Positions 1 to 13,486 of a DNA stretch of 20,000 nucleotides are shown here, piece after piece. How positions within the stretch are numbered: the stretch's first letter is position 1; each line of letters starts with the position of its first letter. The stretch covers positions 299,974 to 319,973 of the forward strand of contig JBDOQK010000041.1 in NCBI GenBank assembly GCA_040437565.1, written 5' to 3'. A program made the position numbers and the translations under genes. The notes beneath the pieces are model-generated. The model was not told where the DNA came from and ran no database searches. It was given only the letters and a program-made list of their open reading frames with translations. The stretch comes from Albugo candida. Taxonomy: Eukaryota.

Positions 1-3000
1 AGAGCCTCTGAAACGCATTCAGCTCAATCTCTAGTGTTCCTGGCAATCTCTCCTTTTGTGGGTCGAGCGAATCAAAGATATTTTTCCAGGAACTTGTGTT
101 CAATCGTATACTCTCGGCAACTTGTGAGAATGCTGGAAGACTGGATAGTGCGCAAATCTCACGCCACATACGATTATCGATTATCGAGGGATTGGGATTT
201 GACTCGTCTTTCAAAGATCCAGGGCAGGTTCCCGAGATGAGAAATCTCCATTCCAGAGGATCAATGTCTTTGCTGGTACCTTGTAACAACTTGATGACCA
301 TCAGAAAAGATAGCAGTAGCTTGTGCTCTTCGAACAAGGATCGACATATATTTCGATAAACGATATATGTGACGGAATCATTTAAAAAACGAAGTCTCTC
401 TTCAAGCTGATCGCTTTGTGCTGCGGCTCGAATACTTTTCACAAATATCGAAAAGAACCAAGGAAGTGAATATTGATACATGGGATTCACAAGTGCCAGA
501 TCAGCTATGCAAAAAAACAGTAAGGATGCCTGGAAAGCGACCGGACGATACTGATCACGCGAATCATCAATGCTTCGCTCCGTTATTTCAGCTTCACACA
601 TTTTATCATTGATATCCTCAGATGTGACTTTGGCCGTGCCAAGTGTTTGGAGCAGCTCTTTATCATCAAGAATATTACCCTCAGAGATGTTGAGCATTGT
701 CAGTATTTTATTCTCCAGTTCTAGCAGCTCAGCTTTCATCCGGGCATTTGACATGACGAGAGAGTTCTTTTTTTCAGCAAGCGCTGGCATTTCTTCCTGT
801 ACGACAGCATCCAGTGCTTGGTCTTCTAATCCCTTGGGTGTAATCGTAAAATTCAGCAGAGTTACCTTCACGGATACCTCCGGGGGATAGTGGGGATTTG
901 GAAGTTTTGTCGTCATAAGAAAACGAAAACACGGATGGTATGGGACGGTTGTGTCGCCAATCTTGATCATCGTTTGTCCACCTTGTTTGACTTTGATTTG
1001 TGCCAATATAGGCTCCAAGGTCGCGTCCAAGGACTCACCGACATTTTCAAGCAATACCCATCGTCCAAAACGAATGGCATTCTCCAGTGTCCTATTAAGC
1101 TGCTTGTCACCTGAATCCGTTATTTCTATTCCATTTTCAGATGTATCCTTTCCGAGATTCTTAATAAATCGATTTGCTTGTCCTTGCGGATCAATTAACA
1201 GCGGCCAACGACGTGCACGTGCCATGATGATTCCATTTTGCAATGAAAGAGTGTCAGAAGGAAGACCAGCAAGCTGCCAGGACCGCACTTTGACAGGATC
1301 AGCCAGCGTCGAGATAATACCGCAGCCTTTAGTAAATGGGACGTCAAGTGCTTGCAATGATTTATACCATTCCTGTAGACATCTCTCTCGTAATTCCATA
1401 GTGAATGGACCAAGATAACATATTGTTCCAGCTGATATTGCAACATCCCCAATCAAATTCTCCTCCGCTTGTCTTAATTGAGCAATGGTTGCAGCCCATC
1501 TACTTTCTTCACCATGAAGCAGGCCGATCAGCTTCAGCGCTGACTCGAGTCTACTTTCGCATTGTTGAACGTCCAAAATAAGCTGTTCCTTTTTTTCCAT
1601 AGCAGCATTGTAACTTTGTTCAAGCTCACTGAGCCGATCGACAACACCTTGAAGCTGTGACTTTGCATTCGCCAAAGCAGTTAATGTACTATCTAGCTCT
1701 GCTTGTGCTGTGGCGAGTGCTAACTTTTTGGGCTCCACCAGCTTGGACACATTATGGTACGTGTGCATTGCTCTCACCCACATACATATTGCTTCACAAG
1801 CAACGCTAGCTTTGCGTACAGCAGTGGGCGAGAAGTCTTCCATATCGATAAAAGGATCGATTTGTTGTATGATTTTCTCATTGATATTGTCTTTATCGAA
1901 CCTCAGCATATCGTCCAAAAGCTTCTTGGCATTACCAAGAATAGTCTTTTGTGCGCTTTCCCAATAATCTTTGATTTTTTGCCCCGGATGCTCTGGATCC
2001 ACCTTAGTGGCGGGTTTGACCCCAAATATGATACAAGCTGCTTCCATTGTCAGTTTAACGCCATGTGGAGGGTTCTTTAGTGCTTTTACTTCATCAATAT
2101 CAGACTTTCGAAGCTTGTTGAGGCATTGAGTGGCGGCATCCAAAGCAGGAAGTGCTTCATCCAAATCTTGCTGGGCATCACTCGCGATTTCGGCTGTGTC
2201 TGCTGCTTTTTTGTTGGCAATTTGCTCGTCCTTTTCGATGATGCTTTTGGTTTTATCAGCATCTTTTTTGTCAAGTGTAATTTGATTCATTAGAGCTTCT
2301 ACATCAATTTTTGTGATTTCCAATTGAGGCTTTAACGCCACAAGCTGTTGCTGCATCCGGGCAACCTGCTCTTTTGTCGTGATAATCTTGTCGACACCAT
2401 TTTGAAGCCGTGTCTTTTTCGAGGAAACCTCTTCTCTCAAGAGGGTTAAAAGAGATCTAAATGTGTTCAACAGCTCCAAGTAGCTAGCAGGTGTCACATA
2501 ATTTTTCCTTCGAAGTAAGTGAAAAAAGTCCTGGGAAGCGTGTTCGACACTTTGATGCATAGTGGAGAATACAATCTTCAGTGCCTCTCGAGACAATGCA
2601 TCAACAAGGAGTGATTCCTCCGATTCCGTATCATCTGTGTCAGAATTCGAGCTGAGTGATGAAGCAGCAACAGATTCCAATGCTTCAGCTGGCCATTCAG
2701 TAAACCAATCGATCGTGCAGCAGTTCACAAGAGAGGGGAACATGCGAAGTCGCTCTCGGAACATACTACCTAGAGGGCTCATACAGAGCACGACATGCAG
2801 ATTTTGTCGCACAAGGATAAGATACTGTGCAAACATATTGATTTTCGTCGCAGGAAGATTCTTCTTTGCACAAATCGATCTGCAATGTGCGTTTATCTGA
2901 TCCAGGTCTTCAGGCGTATACAAATTGGGAATATCACCACTATTGAGAACATTATTGATGTCTTCCAGCATGGTTTCATAAATGATCTGGGCATCTGAGA

Positions 3001-6000
3001 ATAAAAATACAATAGATTTTCCTGTGAGTCCAGATTTTAGCAAGACTTTCTTCAGGTCATCTCGCCATTCGGTGACGCCGTATCCTTTTGAGACTTCTAT
3101 TTGTACAGTGGTGTAGTCGGCCATGAAAGCTGCTAGGCGTGTCAGCGATTGTCTTCCGCTTCCTCCAACTCCAAGAAGCAAAGCGTTTCCACAAGGTTGA
3201 CGGATGATACGTGAGATACGTGACACATGCTCAATAGCATTTTTGAACATTACAAGGTACATGGGTGTCATGCTATCTGTGTTGTAGTCAAGAAGAGTCT
3301 CTTGTAGTTGATATTGCACTCTTCCCAAATCAGAAATCTCTTCGTAGCATTTTGCCTCTTCACCTTGGCTCAAATAATCTCCAAACAGCAATGATTCATG
3401 TGGGTGCACAATGTCCCAAATCTTTTGCTTACGATGTTCGAGGTCAGTTTCCTCACCATCTTGGATAAGTTGAGGCTCAAAATTATTGAGTACCTGCAGC
3501 TTGATGACATCTTGAAACCACATGTGATCTTCGTTCGTAGTAAAACGATCTTCAAATACGCGCATGAGTTCATGGACCCATAATCGTACAAGCTGCTCAG
3601 GTCGAACGATTCTCCCAGGATCCGCCATACGAACTCCTTGAAAAACTTTAGCCAAATCACGCAAATTGAATGTGTAATGAGACTTTGCCGGTGTGGGAAG
3701 TAACTCAGTGCTGACGATGTTGTATATATCTATCGACGAGTCGACTAGTTTTGAGATTATTTCTGGAGCTCTGAGACTTTCAGAGCCAAGTTTTTGACAA
3801 AAGTCACTTAATATCGTCTCAAATATGATTTTTTTGCTATCGGCAGCTATTTCTGTGGTTCCGATGATATTGAAATGCCGCAAAAGTCTTCGGCTTAGTG
3901 TGTTTCTACCTCCACCGGGTGGACCCATAGAACTGACAAAGACAATATCCACTATAGATCGAAAAGCCAACGTCTTGCGATCGTACCATCCACCTTGATC
4001 AAACCATTGTCGTAGTATCTCAATGGCTGGCTGAGCAAAGTACTCTTCGGGCTTTGGCATGTTTAGATCGTCAACGTAAACAAAAGCTGTCTTTCCGGCT
4101 GATGGACCATACACATTTTTCCTCCGTTTTTCCAGTTTAGAATCGATGTAATCTTGCGTCTGGTTTGCGCTTGTTTGTGCTGAGAACGACATTTTTATCC
4201 CTGTAAACTTTTCAGGGTCACATCGTTCAAGGAACTGATTGATATTTACAGTCTTTCCTGTACCAGTTGGTCCGACGAAGAGCATGTGGATATTATTACA
4301 TAGACCCAAATTCATCAAAAAAGCACACCGAATTGAATCCGATGTGGGAACAACGATTTCCGAAATCGAAGTGCCCATATTGCTGCTATAATTCGACACC
4401 ATATCAATCCAAGGAACCCATTCAGCCGCAGCTGTGTCATACGAGTAATCATACACAGAACGTTTTGCAGGAATTAAGGGTTTTATGCCATCAGAAGCCA
4501 TTTCTTCCCGAATGAAGGTGTCAAAGCGAGAACGCCCTGATTCAGTTGTTCCAGCTCCAAGAGACCAAATTAGTGAAAACATGAATAAACTCTCAAGGTG
4601 GAGCTTGTAGGATGTAATGAGCTCAATTTTCCGGTCTTTCTTCTCCGTAGGGTTACGTATTGGCATTAGAAAGCATCCCAATAGGCGGAAGAGACTTTGC
4701 ACAACATTGGATTTGATTTGAGGAATCCATTCTTTAACAAACTTTGCAATGAATTCTAATGATGGATTGATGTACCGATCGCTTAGTTTGATGATTGCTT
4801 CTAGAAATTCAGTCAAAGAGTCCTGAAAAGCTTGCAACTGCGCAGGAAGAGATTTCAGTGGTGGGCTTTTGAAGAGCGCATCAGTACTGATAATAGCTCC
4901 TTCTGAGCACTCAACGATCTCTGAAAATAAATTCTCTAACCAGCTCTGGATAAGTGGGTCCAGACCAAGAGAACTGGGTTCCATGTATACCATTCCTGTA
5001 CGACTGACTGTTGCCGGCGAAGCTACGCTTAGATCTTCGACCTCAAACATCATCGTCATCTCATTTGACATTTGTATAATCTCTCCACTGGAGAGGCATA
5101 GCTTCTTGTTGTCATCTAGAACAGTGTTCATATTTTCAATCCACAAAGCATCAACCGGTCCGTCAAAAATTATCCATTTTCGATCAGATTTTGTATCATT
5201 TGCTGCTTGTCGATATAATGTTGATAGAATTCCGTCTTGCCACTCATGAGTATTTGCGTCAAACTCTCCATATAATTGACCCATCGTGATCGCTTTCGGA
5301 TTGAGTTGATACCGACGTACGTACTCATATCCTTGACCCGATTCTCCAATGGATTTAAGCTCACTCAGAGCCTCCGCTAACACATCGATGTTGCAGCTTT
5401 TCCCTCCTCCCGTTCCCCCAACAACCATCAGCCCGTGTCGAACACGAATTGTTTCGTACAACTGCATAATTTTAAGCAGAAAAAATTGATGGGCTTGTAA
5501 TTTTTTCCTTTGAATCACTCGTTTGATCATACAATCCAAAGATGTTATATTCGACGTAGCTTGATCCACGTCGGGAAACAAATCGCTTATAAGTCCGTTG
5601 AATAAAGGTATGTCATGGGCGAGGAATTTAGGCATATTGACGTGCTGCAAAGCTTTAAGCAACAAAACTTCTTCATCCAATTCTGGAAATTGCTGCTTAT
5701 AATTACCTGCAGCAGTTATCACAGTCTTTACTGCTCGCATACCATAATCGTAGTGAGACTGAGAAGACAATTGTTCTGAGCAAAGTTTAAACGTTGTCAC
5801 CATTTTTGCCCCACACTGTTTCGCCTTTTCGTAACCATACGCAAAAAACATAATTTCTCCGATCATTGCATAATCAGGAACCATCATAGCAACTGGGCGA
5901 AATAATGCAGCCAGTGAGTCAGGCAGATCGGATCGTCCTGCGTATCCAGGGTTCATAGTAATGAACACACCAAATTGTGGGCTCACAAGAATTTCCGAAC

Positions 6001-9000
6001 CTTCAAAGAAAATACGCTTCTCATTAGCACGGATCGCAAGCTGCAAGGTCGTGATTTGCTGACCAATGACCGAAAGCACTTCGATATTGATTCGATTGAA
6101 TTCATCAAAGCAAGCCCAAGCTCCACAAGCAGCTAGGCCTTTGAAAAACTTGCCCATTGCTAAGTAATCTAATCCATCAGAGCAGTTGAACACAACACAT
6201 TGTTTAGCAAGTGCTTTGGCAAGATCTTTCGTGGTCTCCGTTTTTCCTGTCCCGGCTGGACCAGCTGGAGCACCACCGAGAATCATTTGTAGTGCCGCCA
6301 TCAATGTCATGTAGCATTTATCAGTCAGGGGAGTGATGACAAGCCGAAATGAATTTCCCAGATATTCATACCCGTAAGGCCTCTTTGCACTCACCATTTC
6401 AGCGAGAAGATCATCTTCCCAATAATAGCGCAATTGGCTCGACCACATAAAGTCATCTTTACTTTCGACTTTGCTTTGTGTTAGTTTCCATGTCACATCG
6501 CGTGCGTGGACATCGATGACGGTCAAGGCACCCACAGTTATCCTTGCAAGTTGGTTTAATGGCCCACGAACCATTTTGATCATATCGGCTAATTGTGACA
6601 ATTGCTTCGTCATCATCTTTTTGACGCCGTCTTGACCGAATTGCTGCATCGACTCCTCCATTTCCCTCGTCCAATGGAGTTGAGATGCGTTGAGCACACA
6701 CATTCCAGGCCACTTTTGTATCCATTTGACTCGGTCACATGTAACGTAATCTTGTATTGCCGCGTGCATGACGTCCCGAATGGTGGTTCGCATCATTACT
6801 TCGACTTCGGTCATCCAGTGCTCCAAACTCTTTCCTTTTGGGTTAACTGTTTGACTCAAAGCAACACTCTCTCCTTCCGCAGATATCATAGCATGGATGG
6901 TCGAATCAGCCCCAAAGTCAACAGCTACAATTCCTTCAAAGCATTTCTTCAAGTGAGGTTGGACTAGTTTCACGTCTTTTGATTCAGAAAGTATGGACAG
7001 TAGCTCTTCGTTTGAAAGAAAATAAAACCGACTGAACGCTGCTCGTTTTGTTTCCAGGAAATCTTTCAAACCTTTCTGTACTTGGTCCAGAAATCGATTA
7101 CTTTCAATCAATCTATCGAGAAACTTATCGTTGTTGCAGAATGCCAGAACACCAGGCTTCTGATTTGCATTTGCAAGTGTCTGCCGCCAGAATTTGTCAA
7201 CAGTGGCGAAGCGCTTTCCTTCAGTAGGTAGCTGCTTCGTAATATCTGGTGAATCAAAGATTGGCTGCAGATAGATCCAGCTGCGTTGTAAGTGCATCCA
7301 CTCGTCCATAACGTCCGAAACGACAGAAAGCGTTCTACCCCATCGGTTGATACGATCTTCAAAGGGTTTCTTGAAGGCCGAAAACTGCACCGCCTGGATC
7401 GTAGTTATCTGCTCATCCAAAATGGCTTGTATCTCATCGACTCCTTTCAAGACAAATGTGCCCGTTTCTCTGTACCCAACCACTTGTAGCTGGACAGCCC
7501 TCCACTGCTCTTCCAAGGTGCTCAATGTTTTTTCAATATTGAATTCTTTTCCGGACGTCTCACATATCCGAGTGATGCTGTCCAAATGTCGTTCGAGCCC
7601 AATGTCCAAAACATAACTTAGTCTCATCCCTCGATCCGGACGAAAATTCATCTTATTCTCTTGATTCATCTGTGTCCAATGTCGATCTTTCATTCCTGGG
7701 TTGCGAAGTGCCAAAATCAGAGGTACGTGAGGTCGAAAAGCGGCAATCTGAGTTCGAATCGTATTAGCAACCTCCATGCATCCTTTCAGTTCAGCTTTTT
7801 CAAAATGCTTGACAGCCTTTTGTATCATACCCCAACTACTTTCGACAAAACTCTCAATTTCCTCGCCATTCAAGTCCATAAACGGACTATCCATCCACTT
7901 TTTATGTTCCTTGATCCAGTTATTCGCAGTTCTCCATAGCAACGCATATGGATCGAAATGACGTCGGATTTTTTGAATATCATCGTAACTGGTGGTTTCT
8001 TGTCCAAAAAGTTGCTCTCTTGTTTTGAAGACTCTTGCATCCTCATCAACCTTAGCGATCTTCTGCTCGATGGCTACCGCGGATTTGTAAACGAATTCCA
8101 GACGACCAAGATCCGTGTATTGTCTAAATGTGTCTACTTCAGCGTGTAAGTGCCGTAATGTCTCAGTGAATTCAGCCTGTTGATCTTTCATTTCGGAGAA
8201 GAATTGTGTCTTTTGTGCTTCCAACAAGATGTTCATCTGCTTTACTTTTTCATTTACTTGGATGGGAGAAATTCGAACGCGCCATATAGTCATGAAATCG
8301 TCTCTATCGTACGAAAACCGAAAGTGATCTAGCACTACTCGATACTTTATCAGTAGTTGACTCTGCAACAATAGCGGAGCTATCTGAGCGGATACAGTAT
8401 TCAAGTACGAGCTCATTTCACTCAGCTCTTCGATATTAGATGGTGTCTTTTGTAGCTGACGCAAGATGAGTTCAAAGTTATCTGTAATATTCCGGGCGAG
8501 TGTCAGACAATTTTCCAATTGCCAATCTAGCAATTTCCTTGCAAGAGAACGATACTTTTCAGCAATCAGTTGTCGAACTGACGAACAATTAACCGAAAAC
8601 ATGCCCAGCTCAATATTTCTTGTCGGGAGGGTTTCCTCAACTTTCTTGGCATCATCAAGATGTTGTTGAATAGTTTCTTGCAATAAAGAAATATTTATCG
8701 GTCCTTTTTGAGGTTGGAATGTCTTTGTGTACTCATCTTCGTCCATATTGATTAGATTCACGTACGGCTGGTAATGCATAAGGTATTCGCGAAGTGGAGG
8801 CTCGGCTTCTTTGATCGAGACCTCGATCTGTTCACGAATATGTTCCACCCAGTCTTCTGTACTGGAGATAATCGGAATACATGGGTGAGAGCTCCAAAAC
8901 AGTTTATTCATCACCTTTTGCTCAATCTGCTTGATATTTCTAAGATTATCAAAACTTCTCATGAATATCGTCAAAATGCACTGACGAAATCTCGATATGG

Positions 9001-12000
9001 TGGTGCTGTATCCGAATAAGTGGCCATATTTAGGTGCAATTGGTTTGATAGGACACGTGCGCACTTCCTTTTCTGAGATCAGATTGCTTGCTGATCCTTC
9101 TTTTGGTTTAAGGTTTTCAGTCTCCCATAATGTAATTTTGCCTGCAGCTTCATCTACCTCAGATTGATTCATTACAACGACCTCAGGTAATTTGACCATA
9201 TGAACGCTAAACAATGCTGTAGGGAAGACAAATTGGCGCTCTTGACACATGTACTGCCACTGATGTTCATTTCCTATCACGTCACGGTTTAGGTCAGGGA
9301 ACGCGACAAAAGCGACTTTAGCGCTAATGATATGAACAGGTCCTATGTTTCCATGCTTTATATAGTCACAAAATGAGTGCAACGAATGATACATTAGATA
9401 TCGCAATGTATCACGCATTAGGAAGTGAATTCGGCGTAATAAGGATCGAAGTTTGCTGAATTCATATGTATCTTGCTGAGACTCTTGGAGATAATACCAT
9501 CCTTTACCAATACTCGCAAATGAGCTTTTGATCACTGTAACGATTTTCTGAGGCCAATCATCCGTGATGATCTTCATTACCGAATTCTCAAGGGCTTGTT
9601 GCTGCTGCTGAAACTCTTCCAGTTTATAACATCGTGCAGCTTTGATATTGAATAGCTCGAGTTGGAGTATTTTCTGACACTCTTCGCTGACTTTGGTCAA
9701 AGCATATAGAGCTTCAGGCGAGGTAAAAATTGAATGGAAAGAGAAACGCAGAAATTCATCCGAGTAGTCGACTGGAAGGGCACGAGTTTTCCGAAAGGGT
9801 AGGTTGTATTTGCTTTGAATCGAACAAGCTTTTGACACCTCTTNNNNNNNNNNNNNNNNNNNNNNNNNNNNNNNNNNNNNNNNNNNNNNNNNNNNNNNNN
9901 NNNNNNNNNNNNNNNNNNNNNNNNNNNNNNNNNNNNNNNNNNNAAGACAAATGTGCCCGTTTCTCTGTACCCAACCACTTGTAGCTGGACAGCCCTCCAC
10001 TGCTCTTCCAAGGTGCTCAATGTTTTTTCAATATTGAATTCTTTTCCGGACGTCTCACATATCCGAGTGATGCTGTCCAAATGTCGTTCGAGCCCAATGT
10101 CCAAAACATAACTTAGTCTCATCCCTCGATCCGGACGAAAATTCATCTTATTCTCTTGATTCATCTGTGTCCAATGTCGATCTTTCATTCCTGGGTTGCG
10201 AAGTGCCAAAATCAGAGGTACGTGAGGTCGAAAAGCGGCAATCTGAGTTCGAATCGTATTAGCAACCTCCATGCATCCTTTCAGTTCAGCTTTTTCAAAA
10301 TGCTTGACAGCCTTTTGTATCATACCCCAACTACTTTCGACAAAACTCTCAATTTCCTCGCCATTCAAGTCCATAAACGGACTATCCATCCACTTTTTAT
10401 GTTCCTTGATCCAGTTATTCGCAGTTCTCCATAGCAACGCATATGGATCGAAATGACGTCGGATTTTTTGAATATCATCGTAACTGGTGGTTTCTTGTCC
10501 AAAAAGTTGCTCTCTTGTTTTGAAGACTCTTGCATCCTCATCAACCTTAGCGATCTTCTGCTCGATGGCTACCGCGGATTTGTAAACGAATTCCAGACGA
10601 CCAAGATCCGTGTATTGTCTAAATGTGTCTACTTCAGCGTGTAAGTGCCGTAATGTCTCAGTGAATTCAGCCTGTTGATCTTTCATTTCGGAGAAGAATT
10701 GTGTCTTTTGTGCTTCCAACAAGATGTTCATCTGCTTTACTTTTTCATTTACTTGGATGGGAGAAATTCGAACGCGCCATATAGTCATGAAATCGTCTCT
10801 ATCGTACGAAAACCGAAAGTGATCTAGCACTACTCGATACTTTATCAGTAGTTGACTCTGCAACAATAGCGGAGCTATCTGAGCGGATACAGTATTCAAG
10901 TACGAGCTCATTTCACTCAGCTCTTCGATATTAGATGGTGTCTTTTGTAGCTGACGCAAGATGAGTTCAAAGTTATCTGTAATATTCCGGGCGAGTGTCA
11001 GACAATTTTCCAATTGCCAATCTAGCAATTTCCTTGCAAGAGAACGATACTTTTCAGCAATCAGTTGTCGAACTGACGAACAATTAACCGAAAACATGCC
11101 CAGCTCAATATTTCTTGTCGGGAGGGTTTCCTCAACTTTCTTGGCATCATCAAGATGTTGTTGAATAGTTTCTTGCAATAAAGAAATATTTATCGGTCCT
11201 TTTTGAGGTTGGAATGTCTTTGTGTACTCATCTTCGTCCATATTGATTAGATTCACGTACGGCTGGTAATGCATAAGGTATTCGCGAAGTGGAGGCTCGG
11301 CTTCTTTGATCGAGACCTCGATCTGTTCACGAATATGTTCCACCCAGTCTTCTGTACTGGAGATAATCGGAATACATGGGTGAGAGCTCCAAAACAGTTT
11401 ATTCATCACCTTTTGCTCAATCTGCTTGATATTTCTAAGATTATCAAAACTTCTCATGAATATCGTCAAAATGCACTGACGAAATCTCGATATGGTGGTG
11501 CTGTATCCGAATAAGTGGCCATATTTAGGTGCAATTGGTTTGATAGGACACGTGCGCACTTCCTTTTCTGAGATCAGATTGCTTGCTGATCCTTCTTTTG
11601 GTTTAAGGTTTTCAGTCTCCCATAATGTAATTTTGCCTGCAGCTTCATCTACCTCAGATTGATTCATTACAACGACCTCAGGTAATTTGACCATATGAAC
11701 GCTAAACAATGCTGTAGGGAAGACAAATTGGCGCTCTTGACACATGTACTGCCACTGATGTTCATTTCCTATCACGTCACGGTTTAGGTCAGGGAACGCG
11801 ACAAAAGCGACTTTAGCGCTAATGATATGAACAGGTCCTATGTTTCCATGCTTTATATAGTCACAAAATGAGTGCAACGAATGATACATTAGATATCGCA
11901 ATGTATCACGCATTAGGAAGTGAATTCGGCGTAATAAGGATCGAAGTTTGCTGAATTCATATGTATCTTGCTGAGACTCTTGGAGATAATACCATCCTTT

Positions 12001-13379
12001 ACCAATACTCGCAAATGAGCTTTTGATCACTGTAACGATTTTCTGAGGCCAATCATCCGTGATGATCTTCATTACCGAATTCTCAAGGGCTTGTTGCTGC
12101 TGCTGAAACTCTTCCAGTTTATAACATCGTGCAGCTTTGATATTGAATAGCTCGAGTTGGAGTATTTTCTGACACTCTTCGCTGACTTTGGTCAAAGCAT
12201 ATAGAGCTTCAGGCGAGGTAAAAATTGAATGGAAAGAGAAACGCAGAAATTCATCCGAGTAGTCGACTGGAAGGGCACGAGTTTTCCGAAAGGGTAGGTT
12301 GTATTTGCTTTGAATCGAACAAGCTTTTGACACCTCTTCATGCAAGAGAAAGCTTCGGAACACGCAATCGTCTTCGTCTCTTCGATGATGAAATTCAAAG
12401 ATCGTTTTGCATGTTGATCGCAAAAACTCAATCTGAACTTCATGGATGAGGGTGGTTGTGCCTGGAGTCTGCTGATTTTTCGCACGAAAAGAAGTTGTCG
12501 CAAGCTGAAACATGCGATTCAAGGTTTCCGTGCCAAGTTTGTGTAGCTCTTCGACCGGCATGCAGTCGACATAGAGCGCTTTTCTCATCATATCTTGCGC
12601 TTGTAATCGAGCAAAGTGTGCTTTCTTGACACGATCTGCAAAATTGAAAGGATCTTCGGCCTTGAAACATATACACAGCCGAGGTAAATGCATGATCTCG
12701 TCCACTTGGTCTTGCAAAAAGCGAACTTTGAACAAAGATTGTGCTGAATCGAAAGATAAGACCTCTGCATTCCACCAAACAAGCTGCCTTGTGACAGGGT
12801 CCATGATCGATGCACTCACAGGAATGGAAACAGATCCGTCCGTGTTAGTTCCTAATTGTATCCAATCGTTTGGTGCATGTTCTTCGAAAGTGTCGTCATC
12901 GAAAGCAGCTATATCAAGCTCATTTAAAAGCTTCAAAGCATTACCACTCGCATCTTTGAGCACTTTATGATAGATAGAGGATGATTGAAATTGAGATATT
13001 TTTTCGCGCATCAATTCCTGTAAGTTCACGGAAGCGTACAAGCGCTTTTTACGTTCTACTTCAATCTCTCGCGGTGCGCTCTCATTCGTACGTCTATGAT
13101 GAGGAACAAAAACTTTAGGGTCAATGGAACCGGATTTCTTTCTCGATATATCTTTATTTTTTCCAGTTGGTTCAATATAATTGATAGGCAAGTGAGCGCC
13201 ACTTTGGCTTTTCAATCCGAAATTTGTGATTCCGACCGGTACTCTGGCTGCATGTTTAGAAGGACTTGTTGATGGTGCCACGGCTCTTACATTATTAGCT
13301 GTCTAACAAAATAATTTCAATTGGGAGTAGTGTCATACTTGCGCAAACGTACATCATGACTGAGCTTTCCACGTTCCAT
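1..13379 (-). CDS. DNAH1: Axonemal inner-arm dynein heavy chain, DNAH1-like (3' end outside window; internal artefactual duplication/gap)
   Basis: Inferred exon 1 13379-13353 (MERGKLSHD), 50-nt phase-0 intron 13352-13303 (GTACGT...TTAG), then one open frame once the 2,495-nt duplication+gap is removed. The N-terminus has DNAH1-type motifs (IEVERKKRLY, FDDDTFEEHAPNDWI, LPRLCICFKAEDP, YVDCMP). P-loops read in one frame: AAA1 GPAGTGKT (6262-6239), AAA2 GGTGGGKS (~5420-5395), AAA3 GPTGTGKT (~4273-4250), AAA4 GVGGSGRQ (~3173-3150). Stalk/microtubule-binding region KNPPHGVKLTMEAAC (~2080-2035); AAA5 RRWPLLIDPQGQAN (~1215-1170). The frame is still open at position 1; about 3,600 aa lie in the window. 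Confidence 0.95.
7449..9843. repeat. Copy 1 of a 2,395-bp direct duplication (left of gap)
   Basis: Begins AAGACAAATGTGCCCG and ends TTTGACACCTCTT, the same as 9944-12338. The ORF track shows identical peptides at an offset of exactly 2,495 nt. Confidence 0.97.
9844..9943. other. Scaffold gap (100 N)
   Basis: Run of 100 N between the two duplicated copies. Confidence 0.99.
9944..12338. repeat. Copy 2 of the 2,395-bp direct duplication (right of gap); probably unmerged contig overlap
   Basis: Matches 7449-9843 in all spot checks; both inner ends abut the N run. Confidence 0.97.
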
Positions 13380-13460
13380 TTTACTAATCGACAACACGCC
13401 GAATCAATTGACCTTCAAAGGACGCATAATGCAATCAAGTCACGGAGAAACTTAAGTGAA

Positions 13461-13475
13461 AGATTTGAGAAATGC
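13461..13475 (-). promoter_or_regulatory. Possible oomycete INR+FPR-like core promoter of the dynein gene
   Basis: Minus strand reads GCATTTCTCAAATCT, about 95 nt upstream of the dynein ATG. It resembles the CAYTYBNNNWTTY consensus with a mismatch in the FPR part. Confidence 0.3.
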
Positions 13476-13486
13476 TATTACAGTAA

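Noticed and set aside
9697-9943. C-terminal tail of the 1,194-aa ORF (XXX...KRCQKLVRFK...LYML)
   Set aside because: Out-of-frame read-through across the gap into the duplicated segment; not a real protein end.
7449-12338. Duplication read as LTRs, a real tandem exon duplication or a mobile element
   Set aside because: It is pure dynein coding sequence, apparently identical, bounded exactly by a 100-N gap, with no terminal motifs.
34-12970. Many 60-155 aa plus-strand and alternate-frame ORFs over the dynein gene
   Set aside because: Antisense or shadow frames of a long coding region with no recognisable motifs.
13279-13281. GTG start for dynein given in the ORF track
   Set aside because: Eukaryotic gene; the frame extends to an acceptor at 13303 and a short upstream ATG exon fits in phase.
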